Source: a virus (lineage: Duplodnaviria > Caudoviricetes). Taken from it: a DNA stretch of 32,200 bases. The stretch is from the IMG/VR virus record IMGVR_UViG_3300037313_000153, positions 1-32,200 of that record. One strand, written 5' to 3'. Positions 17,057-24,660 of the stretch are shown one piece after another. A model generated the notes under the pieces. That model was not told where the DNA came from and ran no database searches. It saw nothing but the letters and a program-made list of their open reading frames with translations. The first letter of the stretch is position 1; each line of letters opens with the position of its first letter. A program made the translations under genes and the position numbers.

Positions 17057-17698
17057 TCAGCCGATCAGTCGGCTACGACTGCCCCTTTCGAGGGTCGACC
17101 GGCTACCCAAGCGGGCCGATACCCACGAGCCCTGAGGCGAAAAGCGCGTCGGACTCTCGCTGGAGTCCACGGACTTGGCCTCGGTGCGCTCCCGCTTCAG
17201 ATCCTTCTTGATCGTGTCGCGATCTGCGTTCGAGCCCGTGAGGCGCGGCAGGATACGATAGGCCAGATAGAGTTCAGCGAAGCGGCGGAACTGCGGCGGC
17301 CACCTGGACAGATCGCCGCCATAGTCCGCGTCGTTGCTGACGTAGGTCAGGTAGATTGGATCAATGTCGGCGTACCAGTAGCCGGCCTCGACCTGATAGC
17401 CCAGCAGGGGCACCTGGAAGCGCTCATCCTCGCACAGCGCGGTCGTCCGCACATGATCGCTCGGGATCGCGAAGGCGTTGGAATAGCCGAACAGGGTCTC
17501 GACGTCGTCCTCCGGCGTCAGCTCGACCGACCGGGAAGCAAAGCGCCACTGGCCCTCGCTCAACACGTCGTTCACGAAGCCGCCGTCCCAGACGTCGTCC
17601 AGGACCCGGCGGGCCTCGCACTCCTCGGTCAAGGAGGCCAGCTTGCGCTCCTTGCACTCGAGAAGGGCTGCATTGTAGAGGAGCAGCCGCGTCGTCAC
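17057..17698 (-). CDS. Tail tubular protein A / adaptor (gp11-like)
   Basis: 213 aa. YNAAL, WRFA, FAIPSDHVR and WPPQFRRF motifs; immediately upstream of tube B. Confidence 0.85.
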   Translation of the reverse strand: MTTRLLLYNAALLECKERKLASLTEECEARRVLDDVWDGGFVNDVLSEGQWRFASRSVELTPEDDVETLFGYSNAFAIPSDHVRTTALCEDERFQVPLLGYQVEAGYWYADIDPIYLTYVSNDADYGGDLSRWPPQFRRFAELYLAYRILPRLTGSNADRDTIKKDLKRERTEAKSVDSSESPTRFSPQGSWVSARLGSRSTLERGSRSRLIG

Positions 17699-17702
17699 GG
17701 CG

Positions 17703-18245
17703 CTACTTGTCGATCAGCGGAGACGCGAGCCACGCCTCGGCTGCCAGCTTGCTCTGCAGGTTCTCCTGCACGATCACGCCGTCGGCCTTGCGGGTAATGC
17801 GCCACCTCACAACCGGGCCCTTGTAGGCGATCTCATAGTCGTCGGGATTGCGCTGGGCGATGGCGTCGAACGCCACGAAACGCAGCTCGCCGATCGCCAC
17901 CTCGACGCCGTCGGAGGCGCGGACGACCAGTTCCATGAACCACGAGGCATCCGCGGACAGGGCGTCGATCCGGTCTCCAGCGCGCAGCATCTTGGCGACA
18001 TGCGACCAGAAGGCCGGGCGCAGCATCTGCTCGCGCGTGACGGCGGCCTCGGGCCGGGCGACGTAGTGATTGCGGGCGGTCTCGCTGGTCTGAAGCTGGC
18101 CCTGGAGCAGGCGGTAGAACGCTTCGCGCTGGGGCGGGATGAAGGCGCGGACCGGGTTCTCGACCTCGGGCGTCGGCACTGGACCGGCCTTGAACGCGGC
18201 GGCCGGGCTGAGCGGCGGTGAAACGGCAGTATCGGCTTCGGGCAA
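17703..18245 (-). CDS. Hypothetical phage protein
   Basis: 180 aa, TTG start with SD AGGAG; fills the gap between the decoration and adaptor genes. Confidence 0.75.
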   Translation of the reverse strand: MPEADTAVSPPLSPAAAFKAGPVPTPEVENPVRAFIPPQREAFYRLLQGQLQTSETARNHYVARPEAAVTREQMLRPAFWSHVAKMLRAGDRIDALSADASWFMELVVRASDGVEVAIGELRFVAFDAIAQRNPDDYEIAYKGPVVRWRITRKADGVIVQENLQSKLAAEAWLASPLIDK

Positions 18246-18264
18246 AATGCTCTCCTAGATGCGG

Positions 18265-18299
18265 AAATGCCGCCGCGATACGCTACGCGGCGGCGGCAT
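18265..18299 (-). terminator. Strong hairpin after the capsid/decoration genes; probable leaky terminator or mRNA-stabilising stem
   Basis: Perfect 10-bp stem ATGCCGCCGC (18267-18276) / GCGGCGGCAT (18290-18299), with only a short U run on the minus strand. Confidence 0.5.
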
Positions 18300-18352
18300 C
18301 CCAGTTACCCGCCGACCGGACGGCCGACGGGGTCTCGCAAGCCCGGACCGGG

Positions 18353-18643
18353 CTAGTCGGTGTTCGTCGCGCTGCCGACCACAACGCCGTCGCTGAGATC
18401 CACGGCGCCGGGAGCGGTCGAGGAGACGGAGACGACCTTGTGCATGGTGAGCGCGGTCGCGTCGGTCGTGCTGTCCTTGTGGTACACGATGTCGTTGACC
18501 TTCATGCCGAGCTGGCCGCCGTTTGTGATGAAGCCCGACGTATCGGCAGCCGCGGTCGCGTCGGCCGACTCCTGGTACCAGATGCGGACGCCAGCGATGG
18601 CCTGGCCGATGAGCTGGGCGGGAGAGGAGGTGCTGTAAGCCAT
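18353..18643 (-). CDS. Small capsid-associated (decoration/cement-like) protein
   Basis: 96 aa, beta-rich, directly after the major capsid gene. Function inferred from position only. Confidence 0.65.
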   Translation of the reverse strand: MAYSTSSPAQLIGQAIAGVRIWYQESADATAAADTSGFITNGGQLGMKVNDIVYHKDSTTDATALTMHKVVSVSSTAPGAVDLSDGVVVGSATNTD

Positions 18644-18655
18644 GGTTCAGGTCCC

Positions 18656-19486
18656 TTACTGAGCGGCGAACGCCGAGCCATCGTGATTGATGATCACGAC
18701 ACCCGTGTTCTGGAGGAGCTTGGAGCCCATGAAGGCCGACGCACGAGCCCACGAGTAGGAGTGCTCGCTGTTGTAGTCGGCGGCAGTGTCGATCGTATTG
18801 CTGTCGATCGCGTGGCCGATGGCGCTCTTGTGGTAGACGATGCACTTCTCGGCGTTCGTGCCCTTGCCGGTCAGGTTCGGGTGGACGATGAAGTTGATGC
18901 CGGCCCAGCGGAACATCGTCAGGCTGTTCGCGAAGGGCTTGTTGCTGACGTAGTCGGCGGAGGCGAACTCCTTGACCTGCATCAGATAGGCCTCGAAGCC
19001 CGGCGTGATCAGGGCTGACACGTTGCCGTCCATCGGCACTGCGTTGTTGCCGAGGATGGCCTTGGCATACATGACGAGGCCGAGCGTCGCCGTCTGTGCG
19101 GGGCCGGTGTCTTGGGTGCCCGTCTCGAGCGCCGCGATGATGTCGGCGTCAACCTTGCGGTTGAGCACGCCCATCGTGGTCTCCTGCATGATGCGCCGGC
19201 CGTCGCCCTGCGAAGCCCACAGGTTGAACTTGGTGCGGCGGACGCCGTCATGCCACTCGACCAGGGTCGCGGTGTTCTGCGTGAGGTTGTCGGCGCGATA
19301 GGGGATCAGGCCGTTGACGCCGCGGGTGACAGCGGAGGCGGAGCCGGAATCGGCCACCAGGAAGACCGCGGCATTGCCGTTGATGTCGGCCTCGGTGGTG
19401 ACGGTGTTGCGAACGAGCGACTGGCGCTGCTCGAAACCGGAGATGAACTCCTGTCGGTATCTGGTTTGGAAGGCCGTGTCGGCCAT
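18656..19486 (-). CDS. Major capsid protein
   Basis: 276 aa. YRQEFISGFEQRQSLVR, LNRKVDADIIAAL, FASADYV, FRWAGINF and YHKSAIG motifs; SD GGAG; follows the scaffold gene. Confidence 0.9.
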   Translation of the reverse strand: MADTAFQTRYRQEFISGFEQRQSLVRNTVTTEADINGNAAVFLVADSGSASAVTRGVNGLIPYRADNLTQNTATLVEWHDGVRRTKFNLWASQGDGRRIMQETTMGVLNRKVDADIIAALETGTQDTGPAQTATLGLVMYAKAILGNNAVPMDGNVSALITPGFEAYLMQVKEFASADYVSNKPFANSLTMFRWAGINFIVHPNLTGKGTNAEKCIVYHKSAIGHAIDSNTIDTAADYNSEHSYSWARASAFMGSKLLQNTGVVIINHDGSAFAAQ

Positions 19487-19612
19487 GGAACTACTCCGAT
19501 GAAAAGGTGAGAACCTCTCCGCGTCGGGGTAGCCAGACTCAGCATTCGCCGGGGTGGCCCTCTTGCGAGGGCGCCGGCTAGGCGGACCGGGGCCTAGCAG
19601 GATCGTGCAATG
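19487..19612 (-). promoter_or_regulatory. Structured 5' leader of the major capsid gene
   Basis: Hairpins GCTAGGC-N8-GCCTAGC (19577-19598) and GCCCTC-GCAA-GAGGGC (19557-19572). Direct repeat GGCYACCCCGRCG at 19547-19559 and 19522-19534. Confidence 0.6.
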
Positions 19613-19657
19613 ATGATATGCGGGCCGTTGAACGGCTCAAACTTTGGCTTCTATTTC
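19613..19657 (-). promoter_or_regulatory. Putative late promoter of the capsid gene (GAAATAGAAGCC-N27-TATCAT)
   Basis: 12-mer at 19646-19657, -10 at 19613-19618. Also TTGAGC-N16-TATCAT and a GCCGTT-C-AACGGC palindrome in the spacer. Confidence 0.65.
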
Positions 19658-19881
19658 TTGCGCCTTCCAATGCTCCAGTTCATGTCCACGGCGATCTCGG
19701 TTTGCGGCACGTCGACCACCTCGCCCGTATCATCCAGCGCCACCACCCAGAGGCGATGGCCGTCAATCCCGACGCTCTGCCATGCGTAGCACCAGCCGCG
19801 GCGTGACTTGCTCTTGACGCCGGCGGGCAGGTTCTTCGCCGTGATCGTGACCGGCAGGATCGGGTCAAGCTGGAGGATCAA
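19651..19881 (-). CDS. Hypothetical phage protein (MILQLDP... type)
   Basis: 76 aa, TTG start. LQLDP, LWVVALDDTGE and NWSIGRR resemble a recurrent small phage protein type. Confidence 0.7.
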   Translation of the reverse strand: MILQLDPILPVTITAKNLPAGVKSKSRRGWCYAWQSVGIDGHRLWVVALDDTGEVVDVPQTEIAVDMNWSIGRRKK

Positions 19882-20044
19882 TGCGCGGCCCTACCCTGTG
19901 CAGCCGGCCGCGATGAATCTCCAGATACGTCGCGAGCCGCCAGCGCCATTCCCCGGGATAATAGATGCATGGGCCCCAGTGAGCGGGCTGCCAGCCTTCT
20001 TCCGGCGCCCGCTTCACCCAATACCATCCGCTGGGACGGCTCAC
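19865..20044 (-). CDS. Small Trp-rich hypothetical protein (59 aa; absent from the ORF track)
   Basis: GTG overlaps the scaffold stop (GTGA). Translates to MSRPSGWYWVKRAPEEGWQPAHWGPCIYYPGEWRWRLATYLEIHRGRLHRVGPRIDPPA. Confidence 0.65.
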   Translation of the reverse strand: MSRPSGWYWVKRAPEEGWQPAHWGPCIYYPGEWRWRLATYLEIHRGRLHRVGPRIDPPA

Positions 20045-21039
20045 TTCCTCGCCTTGTTCCGCTCGAACATCTGATTGAGTTCAAGCGCTCGAGCCTGCTT
20101 GCTGGCCGCCAGCGGGCCCTTCCAATAGGGCCCGTCGCGGTCGCCCATCTCCTTCTGGAGCTGGGCAAGTTCGGCCTCAGCGGTCGCCTGAGCGCCACCG
20201 CCGCCCATTGGCGTGACCGTGGCGAACGGGTTGATCTGCAACGCCGTGTTGATGAAGAACCGCACTGCTGTCGGGTTAGCGCCGACCAGCGTGCCGTCAG
20301 GCATGCGGGCCTGCATCAACTGTTCCTTAAAGCCCGGGCCGACTGCATCGAGCATGTCGTCAGCCGCGCGGACCTGGCGCTTGTAGTCGGGGCCGTACTC
20401 CTCGCGCAGGCCGGTTACGACCTCCTGCTTGGTGGAGGCGTCCTTCTCGAACTGCGCCTCGCGCTGGCGGTTCTGCTCCTGGAAGTACCATTCGAGATTG
20501 GCCTTCACGACCTCGTTGGGCAGGTGCTTGGAGTGGGCGTAGCCTAGATAGCCGTCGAGCATCGGCCTGTCGGCCTCGCCGATCACCAGCCCGTCGGGCA
20601 GCGTCGTGTCGTACTTGTCCGGGGCCTCGGGGACGTTGTTGGCCCTGCGGTACTCGGCGATCTGCTCGGGGGTCGCGTCGGGGGCGAGCGGCTGGCGGGT
20701 CTGGCCCTTGGCGATCAGATCGCGGGCGTGCGCGAGGGCGTCGGCCACTGCAGCCGGCGAGGCATAGCGCTTGAGCATGCCCAGCTTCTTCTCGTCACCG
20801 CCGGCAGCCTTCTCGCGCCAGTCGGCGGGGAAGTCGCCCGCGGGCTCAGCAGGTGGCGTGGACGGGGCAGCGGCAGGAGGAGTGGCGGCTGGCGGTGCTG
20901 CGGCAGGGGGGGCTGCAGCCGGAGGAGCCGCGGGGGGCTCGGCGGCCGGCGGCGTGGCCGGCATCGAAGCGGGAGGGGTAGCGGGAGGCGCGACAGGCGG
21001 GGTGGCCTGGGATGGGGCCGCCTGGGGTTCGATTGCCAT
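20041..21039 (-). CDS. Capsid scaffolding/assembly protein
   Basis: 332 aa. Pro/Ala-rich N-terminus, DWRE...KRYAS, VPEAPDKY, LREEYGPDY; lies between the Bbp19-like and capsid genes. Confidence 0.85.
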   Translation of the reverse strand: MAIEPQAAPSQATPPVAPPATPPASMPATPPAAEPPAAPPAAAPPAAAPPAATPPAAAPSTPPAEPAGDFPADWREKAAGGDEKKLGMLKRYASPAAVADALAHARDLIAKGQTRQPLAPDATPEQIAEYRRANNVPEAPDKYDTTLPDGLVIGEADRPMLDGYLGYAHSKHLPNEVVKANLEWYFQEQNRQREAQFEKDASTKQEVVTGLREEYGPDYKRQVRAADDMLDAVGPGFKEQLMQARMPDGTLVGANPTAVRFFINTALQINPFATVTPMGGGGAQATAEAELAQLQKEMGDRDGPYWKGPLAASKQARALELNQMFERNKARK

Positions 21040-21047
21040 GTGAGTTC

Positions 21048-21395
21048 TTATGCTCCTGTTTCAGACAGTGTTGCGTGCGGGTCTTCCCGCCTCTTGAGCG
21101 CGTTGATGCTGGCGTTGATCATCAACACGAGCTTGAGCCCGACGAAGCGACGCCCCTGCATGAAGTTCGAGGCGCGGTCGGACTCGGGATGGAAGGTCTC
21201 GTCGTAGGTCATGCACCCCTTCTCGATGATCCATCGCATGCCGCGGATTTGCTGGTCAGGGGTGGCGGTGCCGTTGGCGATCGCCTGCACGGCGGCGGCA
21301 TCTGCAATGCGGTGGGGATAGGCGAACTGCGGACGCTTGTCTTGGCCGAGGACGAGCGGCTCCGGGGCGGTCGGGGGCTTGGCTCGCGCCATCAA
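21048..21395 (-). CDS. Bbp19-like phage protein
   Basis: 115 aa. TFHPESDRASNFMQGRRFVGL motif; conserved position between portal and scaffold. Confidence 0.75.
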   Translation of the reverse strand: MMARAKPPTAPEPLVLGQDKRPQFAYPHRIADAAAVQAIANGTATPDQQIRGMRWIIEKGCMTYDETFHPESDRASNFMQGRRFVGLKLVLMINASINALKRREDPHATLSETGA

Positions 21396-21577
21396 TCACC
21401 TTGCGAATAGGCGTTGACGTCGAGAGCGGGCATCAAAACCCACTCGCTTCCCTCGCGTCGGAACCACTCGCCAGTTCGGCGGTCGAAGTACATGTCCGGC
21501 ACAGGCACCGAGGCGGCGTCGAGGATGTCTCGCGCCTGCATCAGCTTCTTGAGCGTCAGACCGTCGGCACCGCTCAT
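21392..21577 (-). CDS. Hypothetical protein
   Basis: 61 aa; stop/start overlaps at both ends. Confidence 0.6.
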   Translation of the reverse strand: MSGADGLTLKKLMQARDILDAASVPVPDMYFDRRTGEWFRREGSEWVLMPALDVNAYSQGD

Positions 21578-21891
21578 GCGGGCCCGCTCTCACGAAGGCC
21601 GCCGCGGTGCGTCAGGTCGCTGGTCTCGGGATCAAGCCATGTGCTCGGCAGTGGCGGCGGAGGGGGCATGGCAGGAGGCATCGGCGGCAGATACGGCATC
21701 CCGCCGAACGGCACCCCCGCTTCCATGGCAGCCGCGCCCAAGGCAGAGATGCCGATGAACGTCGGAATACCGAATGCGAGCGCCCCGTAGAGCGCGCCGA
21801 ACGTATGGCCTAGCCAGACGCAGCCGAATAGCCAACCGAAGAAGGCGATCTGCGTAGCCATCATAAGCGCCGTATTCCGCACGAATTTCAT
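21574..21891 (-). CDS. Hypothetical membrane protein with Pro-rich tail
   Basis: Start moved to ATG 21891 (ATGA overlap, SD GGAG). Two hydrophobic segments, then PPMPPAMPPPPP. Confidence 0.65.
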   Translation of the reverse strand: MKFVRNTALMMATQIAFFGWLFGCVWLGHTFGALYGALAFGIPTFIGISALGAAAMEAGVPFGGMPYLPPMPPAMPPPPPLPSTWLDPETSDLTHRGGLRESGPA

Positions 21892-22103
21892 GCAATCTCC
21901 CGATAGAGGGGCATCTTCGGCACGAACCAGTCGCCATCCGGCAGCGGTGTAAGGGCGGTACCCAGCGGCACCAGCATCATGTGCTGATAGCCGTCGCAGC
22001 GGCGCTCGATCAGCACCGGCATGCACTTCTCGGCCAGCCGGGCACGCTGCTCATAGTCAGCGGCGGCGGCCTCGATGGCGTCGCGGAACTCCCGCTCGGT
22101 CAA
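21888..22103 (-). CDS. Hypothetical protein
   Basis: 71 aa; TTG start overlaps the portal stop (TTGA). Confidence 0.6.
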   Translation of the reverse strand: MTEREFRDAIEAAAADYEQRARLAEKCMPVLIERRCDGYQHMMLVPLGTALTPLPDGDWFVPKMPLYREIA

Positions 22104-23782
22104 GCAGCCATCCCCGCGTCAGCCGAAAGCCCCAAGGTCGACGCCGTGTTGCCCAGCGCCTCGCTCGACGTCTTGGCGACCTCGCTCCCCTTCGCCATCA
22201 GGTCCAGCATCTGCTGCTGCCGGGCCTGCGCCGCCGCGTTCTTCTGCATGTTCGCGACCTCGTCCTCAGTCCGCATCCACTCCGCCGGCATGACCGCCGA
22301 CAGCACGTCGCGTGTCGCCTTCTGGTAGTCCGTGATGTAGCCGGCCGACTGGTCGAACTGCATCGCGTGGGTGATGAGCTGGCCCGCCTCGATGAACTGC
22401 TGGGCCTTGGCTTTGTCCAGCGCCTCGCGCAGCGGGCTCTCAAACTCGAACTCGACGTCCTGCCCGCGCATTGACGGAGGCGCCAGGGCCGCAATAGTGC
22501 CGTCACCCCGCATCAGCAACTCTAGGTCGACCTCGCAAAGCTGGCCGTTGTACTCGGCTTCCATCGGGCCGAAGAGCGGCAGCGCGTTGCGGATGTACTC
22601 CTGCACGCGCTGGCCTACCTCGTAGGCCGTCATGTCCGGGCCGCCCTGTGGTGGCAGGTTCAACTTGTTGAGGAAGAAGGCCTCCTGCAATTGCATGCGG
22701 ATGTCCTTCACCAGCTCCATACCGAAGCCGAGGTTCTTGTGGTCGCCCTCCAGGGGGCGCAAGGCGGCGCCGGTCTTCTCGTCGTAGTCCGCGTCCAGCC
22801 AGGTGATGCCGCCGGCATAGTTGGCGACGTCGCTGCGGATCACGTCCTGCACGGCGGCCAAGGGCGGGTTGACCGCCTTCTCGCCCGCCTCGAGCAGCAC
22901 CAGGGTGATAGACTGCAGCAAGCGGGCATCCGGCAGCGCCGCGACCGTTGCCGGGCTGTGGGCGTACTGCGAGCCGGAGACCGTTTGCCAGCGGGGGATG
23001 ACGTAACCGTTCACCCAACTGCCAACGCACTCCAGCATGTGCATGTTGTCGCAGTCGATGTACATCGAGACGTAGGGCTGCCGGAAGCTCTTGGCCCCCG
23101 GGAAGGTCTCGTACAGGTCGCGCGGGACCACGACATGCCAGCAGTTGACCTTGTAGTCGTAGGGCTGCTTCTCCATCCGCTCCTTGACGATCGGGTGGAC
23201 CTTGTCGCGGAAGTAGCGGTAGAGAGTGATCGCGTCGGGCTCCCACTTGCGGAAGGCTGTCGTCACCTTACCGATATGGTCTTCCATCCACGCCACGTCG
23301 CGCAGATGCCAGCAGCGGTGCAGCAGATGGGGCGTCGAGCCGTCGGCGGGGCGGAACAGCGAGGCCTCGATCACCGCCTGCCCGAACGTCGCGAAGTCGT
23401 TGTCCGCCTCAGATGTCGCCCGCGCGAACCCCGCTCGCGAGTCGTACTGCGCATTGCGCAGGATGCGGGTCAGTTGCTCCGTGTACTGCTTGGCCTCGGT
23501 GTCCGTCTTCGCGGCACTGCGGCTGCGCACCTTGGCCCACACCTTGGAGGATGGGCGCAGCATGGCGCTGAAGGCGTTGGCGAGGTTGCGCCGGGCCAGC
23601 AGCGGGGCCGACGTCATGAGGTTGGTCGCCATCTCGGCGCCGAGGTTGCGGGCCGAGGTGAAATCCGCGCGCTCCGGGTAGAACTGCTCGGCAAGATCCT
23701 GCCAGAGCGCCAGCAGCGCCCCGCGCTTGTTGAACAGGCTGTCGCCCAGCATCTTCACATGCTGGATGCATTCCTGGCTCAT
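22100..23782 (-). CDS. Portal (head-to-tail connector) protein, T7 gp8/Bbp21-like
   Basis: 560 aa. WQDLAEQFYPER, YVIPRWQTVSGSQYAHSPA...ALPD, EKAVNPP and MTAYEVGQRVQE motifs. Confidence 0.93.
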   Translation of the reverse strand: MSQECIQHVKMLGDSLFNKRGALLALWQDLAEQFYPERADFTSARNLGAEMATNLMTSAPLLARRNLANAFSAMLRPSSKVWAKVRSRSAAKTDTEAKQYTEQLTRILRNAQYDSRAGFARATSEADNDFATFGQAVIEASLFRPADGSTPHLLHRCWHLRDVAWMEDHIGKVTTAFRKWEPDAITLYRYFRDKVHPIVKERMEKQPYDYKVNCWHVVVPRDLYETFPGAKSFRQPYVSMYIDCDNMHMLECVGSWVNGYVIPRWQTVSGSQYAHSPATVAALPDARLLQSITLVLLEAGEKAVNPPLAAVQDVIRSDVANYAGGITWLDADYDEKTGAALRPLEGDHKNLGFGMELVKDIRMQLQEAFFLNKLNLPPQGGPDMTAYEVGQRVQEYIRNALPLFGPMEAEYNGQLCEVDLELLMRGDGTIAALAPPSMRGQDVEFEFESPLREALDKAKAQQFIEAGQLITHAMQFDQSAGYITDYQKATRDVLSAVMPAEWMRTEDEVANMQKNAAAQARQQQMLDLMAKGSEVAKTSSEALGNTASTLGLSADAGMAA

Positions 23783-23994
23783 CGGTCACCCAATGAGTCG
23801 TCCGACCCGATGATGGTATTGGCGCGCGTCGTCTTGCCCGCCCGCGCCCGCGCGATATCCTTGATGGCGTTCTGCCGGTCGACCATGTCGTCTTTGATCG
23901 GCATGACCTGCGGCTTCTCCAGTGGAGGTGGCGGAGGCTGCTGCGGCGGCGGGGAATAACCTCCTCCGCCTCCGCCTCCGAACATCGAACCCAT
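23779..23994 (-). CDS. Small pre-portal virion protein (T7 gp6.7/7.3-like position), paralog 3
   Basis: 71 aa: MGSMFGGGGGGG, poly-Pro, RANTIIGS...LG. Confidence 0.75.
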   Translation of the reverse strand: MGSMFGGGGGGGYSPPPQQPPPPPLEKPQVMPIKDDMVDRQNAIKDIARARAGKTTRANTIIGSDDSLGDR

Positions 23995-23995
23995 G

Positions 23996-24301
23996 TCAGC
24001 CCTCCCCTAGCTGATCGGTTTCGGTCGAGCCCAGAATCAGCGCTGCACGGCGGCGGCGTTGATCGAGCGACTCGGCGTCCGTTGTGTCATCGGCAGCCTT
24101 GGGCGAGCCCGCTACCGGAGTTCCCCCTTGAGGCCCGAACGGAGGCTTGTAGTTGGCGGCATAGGGGTTGCTGGACTGCGTCTGACTCGTCGCCTGCGTG
24201 GGTGTGTCGCCGACGAATCGCTCCGCCGCGGCCCGGTCGCCCTGGACCGTTCCGTTCGCCAGGCCCTGCCGGAACACCGTCTTCGCCATCTCGGCCATCA
24301 C
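23996..24301 (-). CDS. Small pre-portal protein, paralog 2
   Basis: 101 aa: PYAANYKPPFG and QRRRRAALILGS...QLG; GTGA overlap with the upstream gene. Confidence 0.7.
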   Translation of the reverse strand: MMAEMAKTVFRQGLANGTVQGDRAAAERFVGDTPTQATSQTQSSNPYAANYKPPFGPQGGTPVAGSPKAADDTTDAESLDQRRRRAALILGSTETDQLGEG

Positions 24302-24651
24302 GGAGCCGCTCCGCTGCCGCCGCCACCATCGCCGCCGCCAGTCCCGCCAGCATCGCCAGCGCCGCTGCTAGCGGAGCCGCTTCCGTCACCGCCGGCATCG
24401 CCGCCACCTCCACCGAGGCCGGCGTCGTATGATCCAAGAATCAGGCCCATACGCCGTCGGCGCTGCTCTTCCGTCTCCCCCGGCATTCCCGGGGGCGGAG
24501 CCGCCGCGGCCGGGGCTGGGGCCTTGGTCTGCAGTCCGAACGGCGGCTTGTAGTTCGGCGCATAGGGGTCGGTCGACTGATATACAATCGGCGGCGGCGT
24601 CTGATAGACCACCTGCTGCTGACCGCCGCCTCCGCCACCCATCGATCCCAT
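24298..24651 (-). CDS. Small pre-portal protein, paralog 1
   Basis: 117 aa: MGSMGGGGGG, PYAPNYKPPFG, QRRRRMGLILGS and a Gly/Asp/Ser tail; SD AGGAG. Confidence 0.7.
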   Translation of the reverse strand: MGSMGGGGGGQQQVVYQTPPPIVYQSTDPYAPNYKPPFGLQTKAPAPAAAAPPPGMPGETEEQRRRRMGLILGSYDAGLGGGGGDAGGDGSGSASSGAGDAGGTGGGDGGGGSGAAP

Positions 24652-24660
24652 GTCCGTCTC

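Noticed and set aside
18644-18720. T7 gp10A/10B-type frameshift extension of the capsid protein
   Set aside because: No slippery sequence near the capsid 3' end, and the next gene has its own start.
20840-21010. GC-rich repetitive tract
   Set aside because: Explained by the Pro/Ala-rich scaffold N-terminus; not a CRISPR array or DNA-level repeat.
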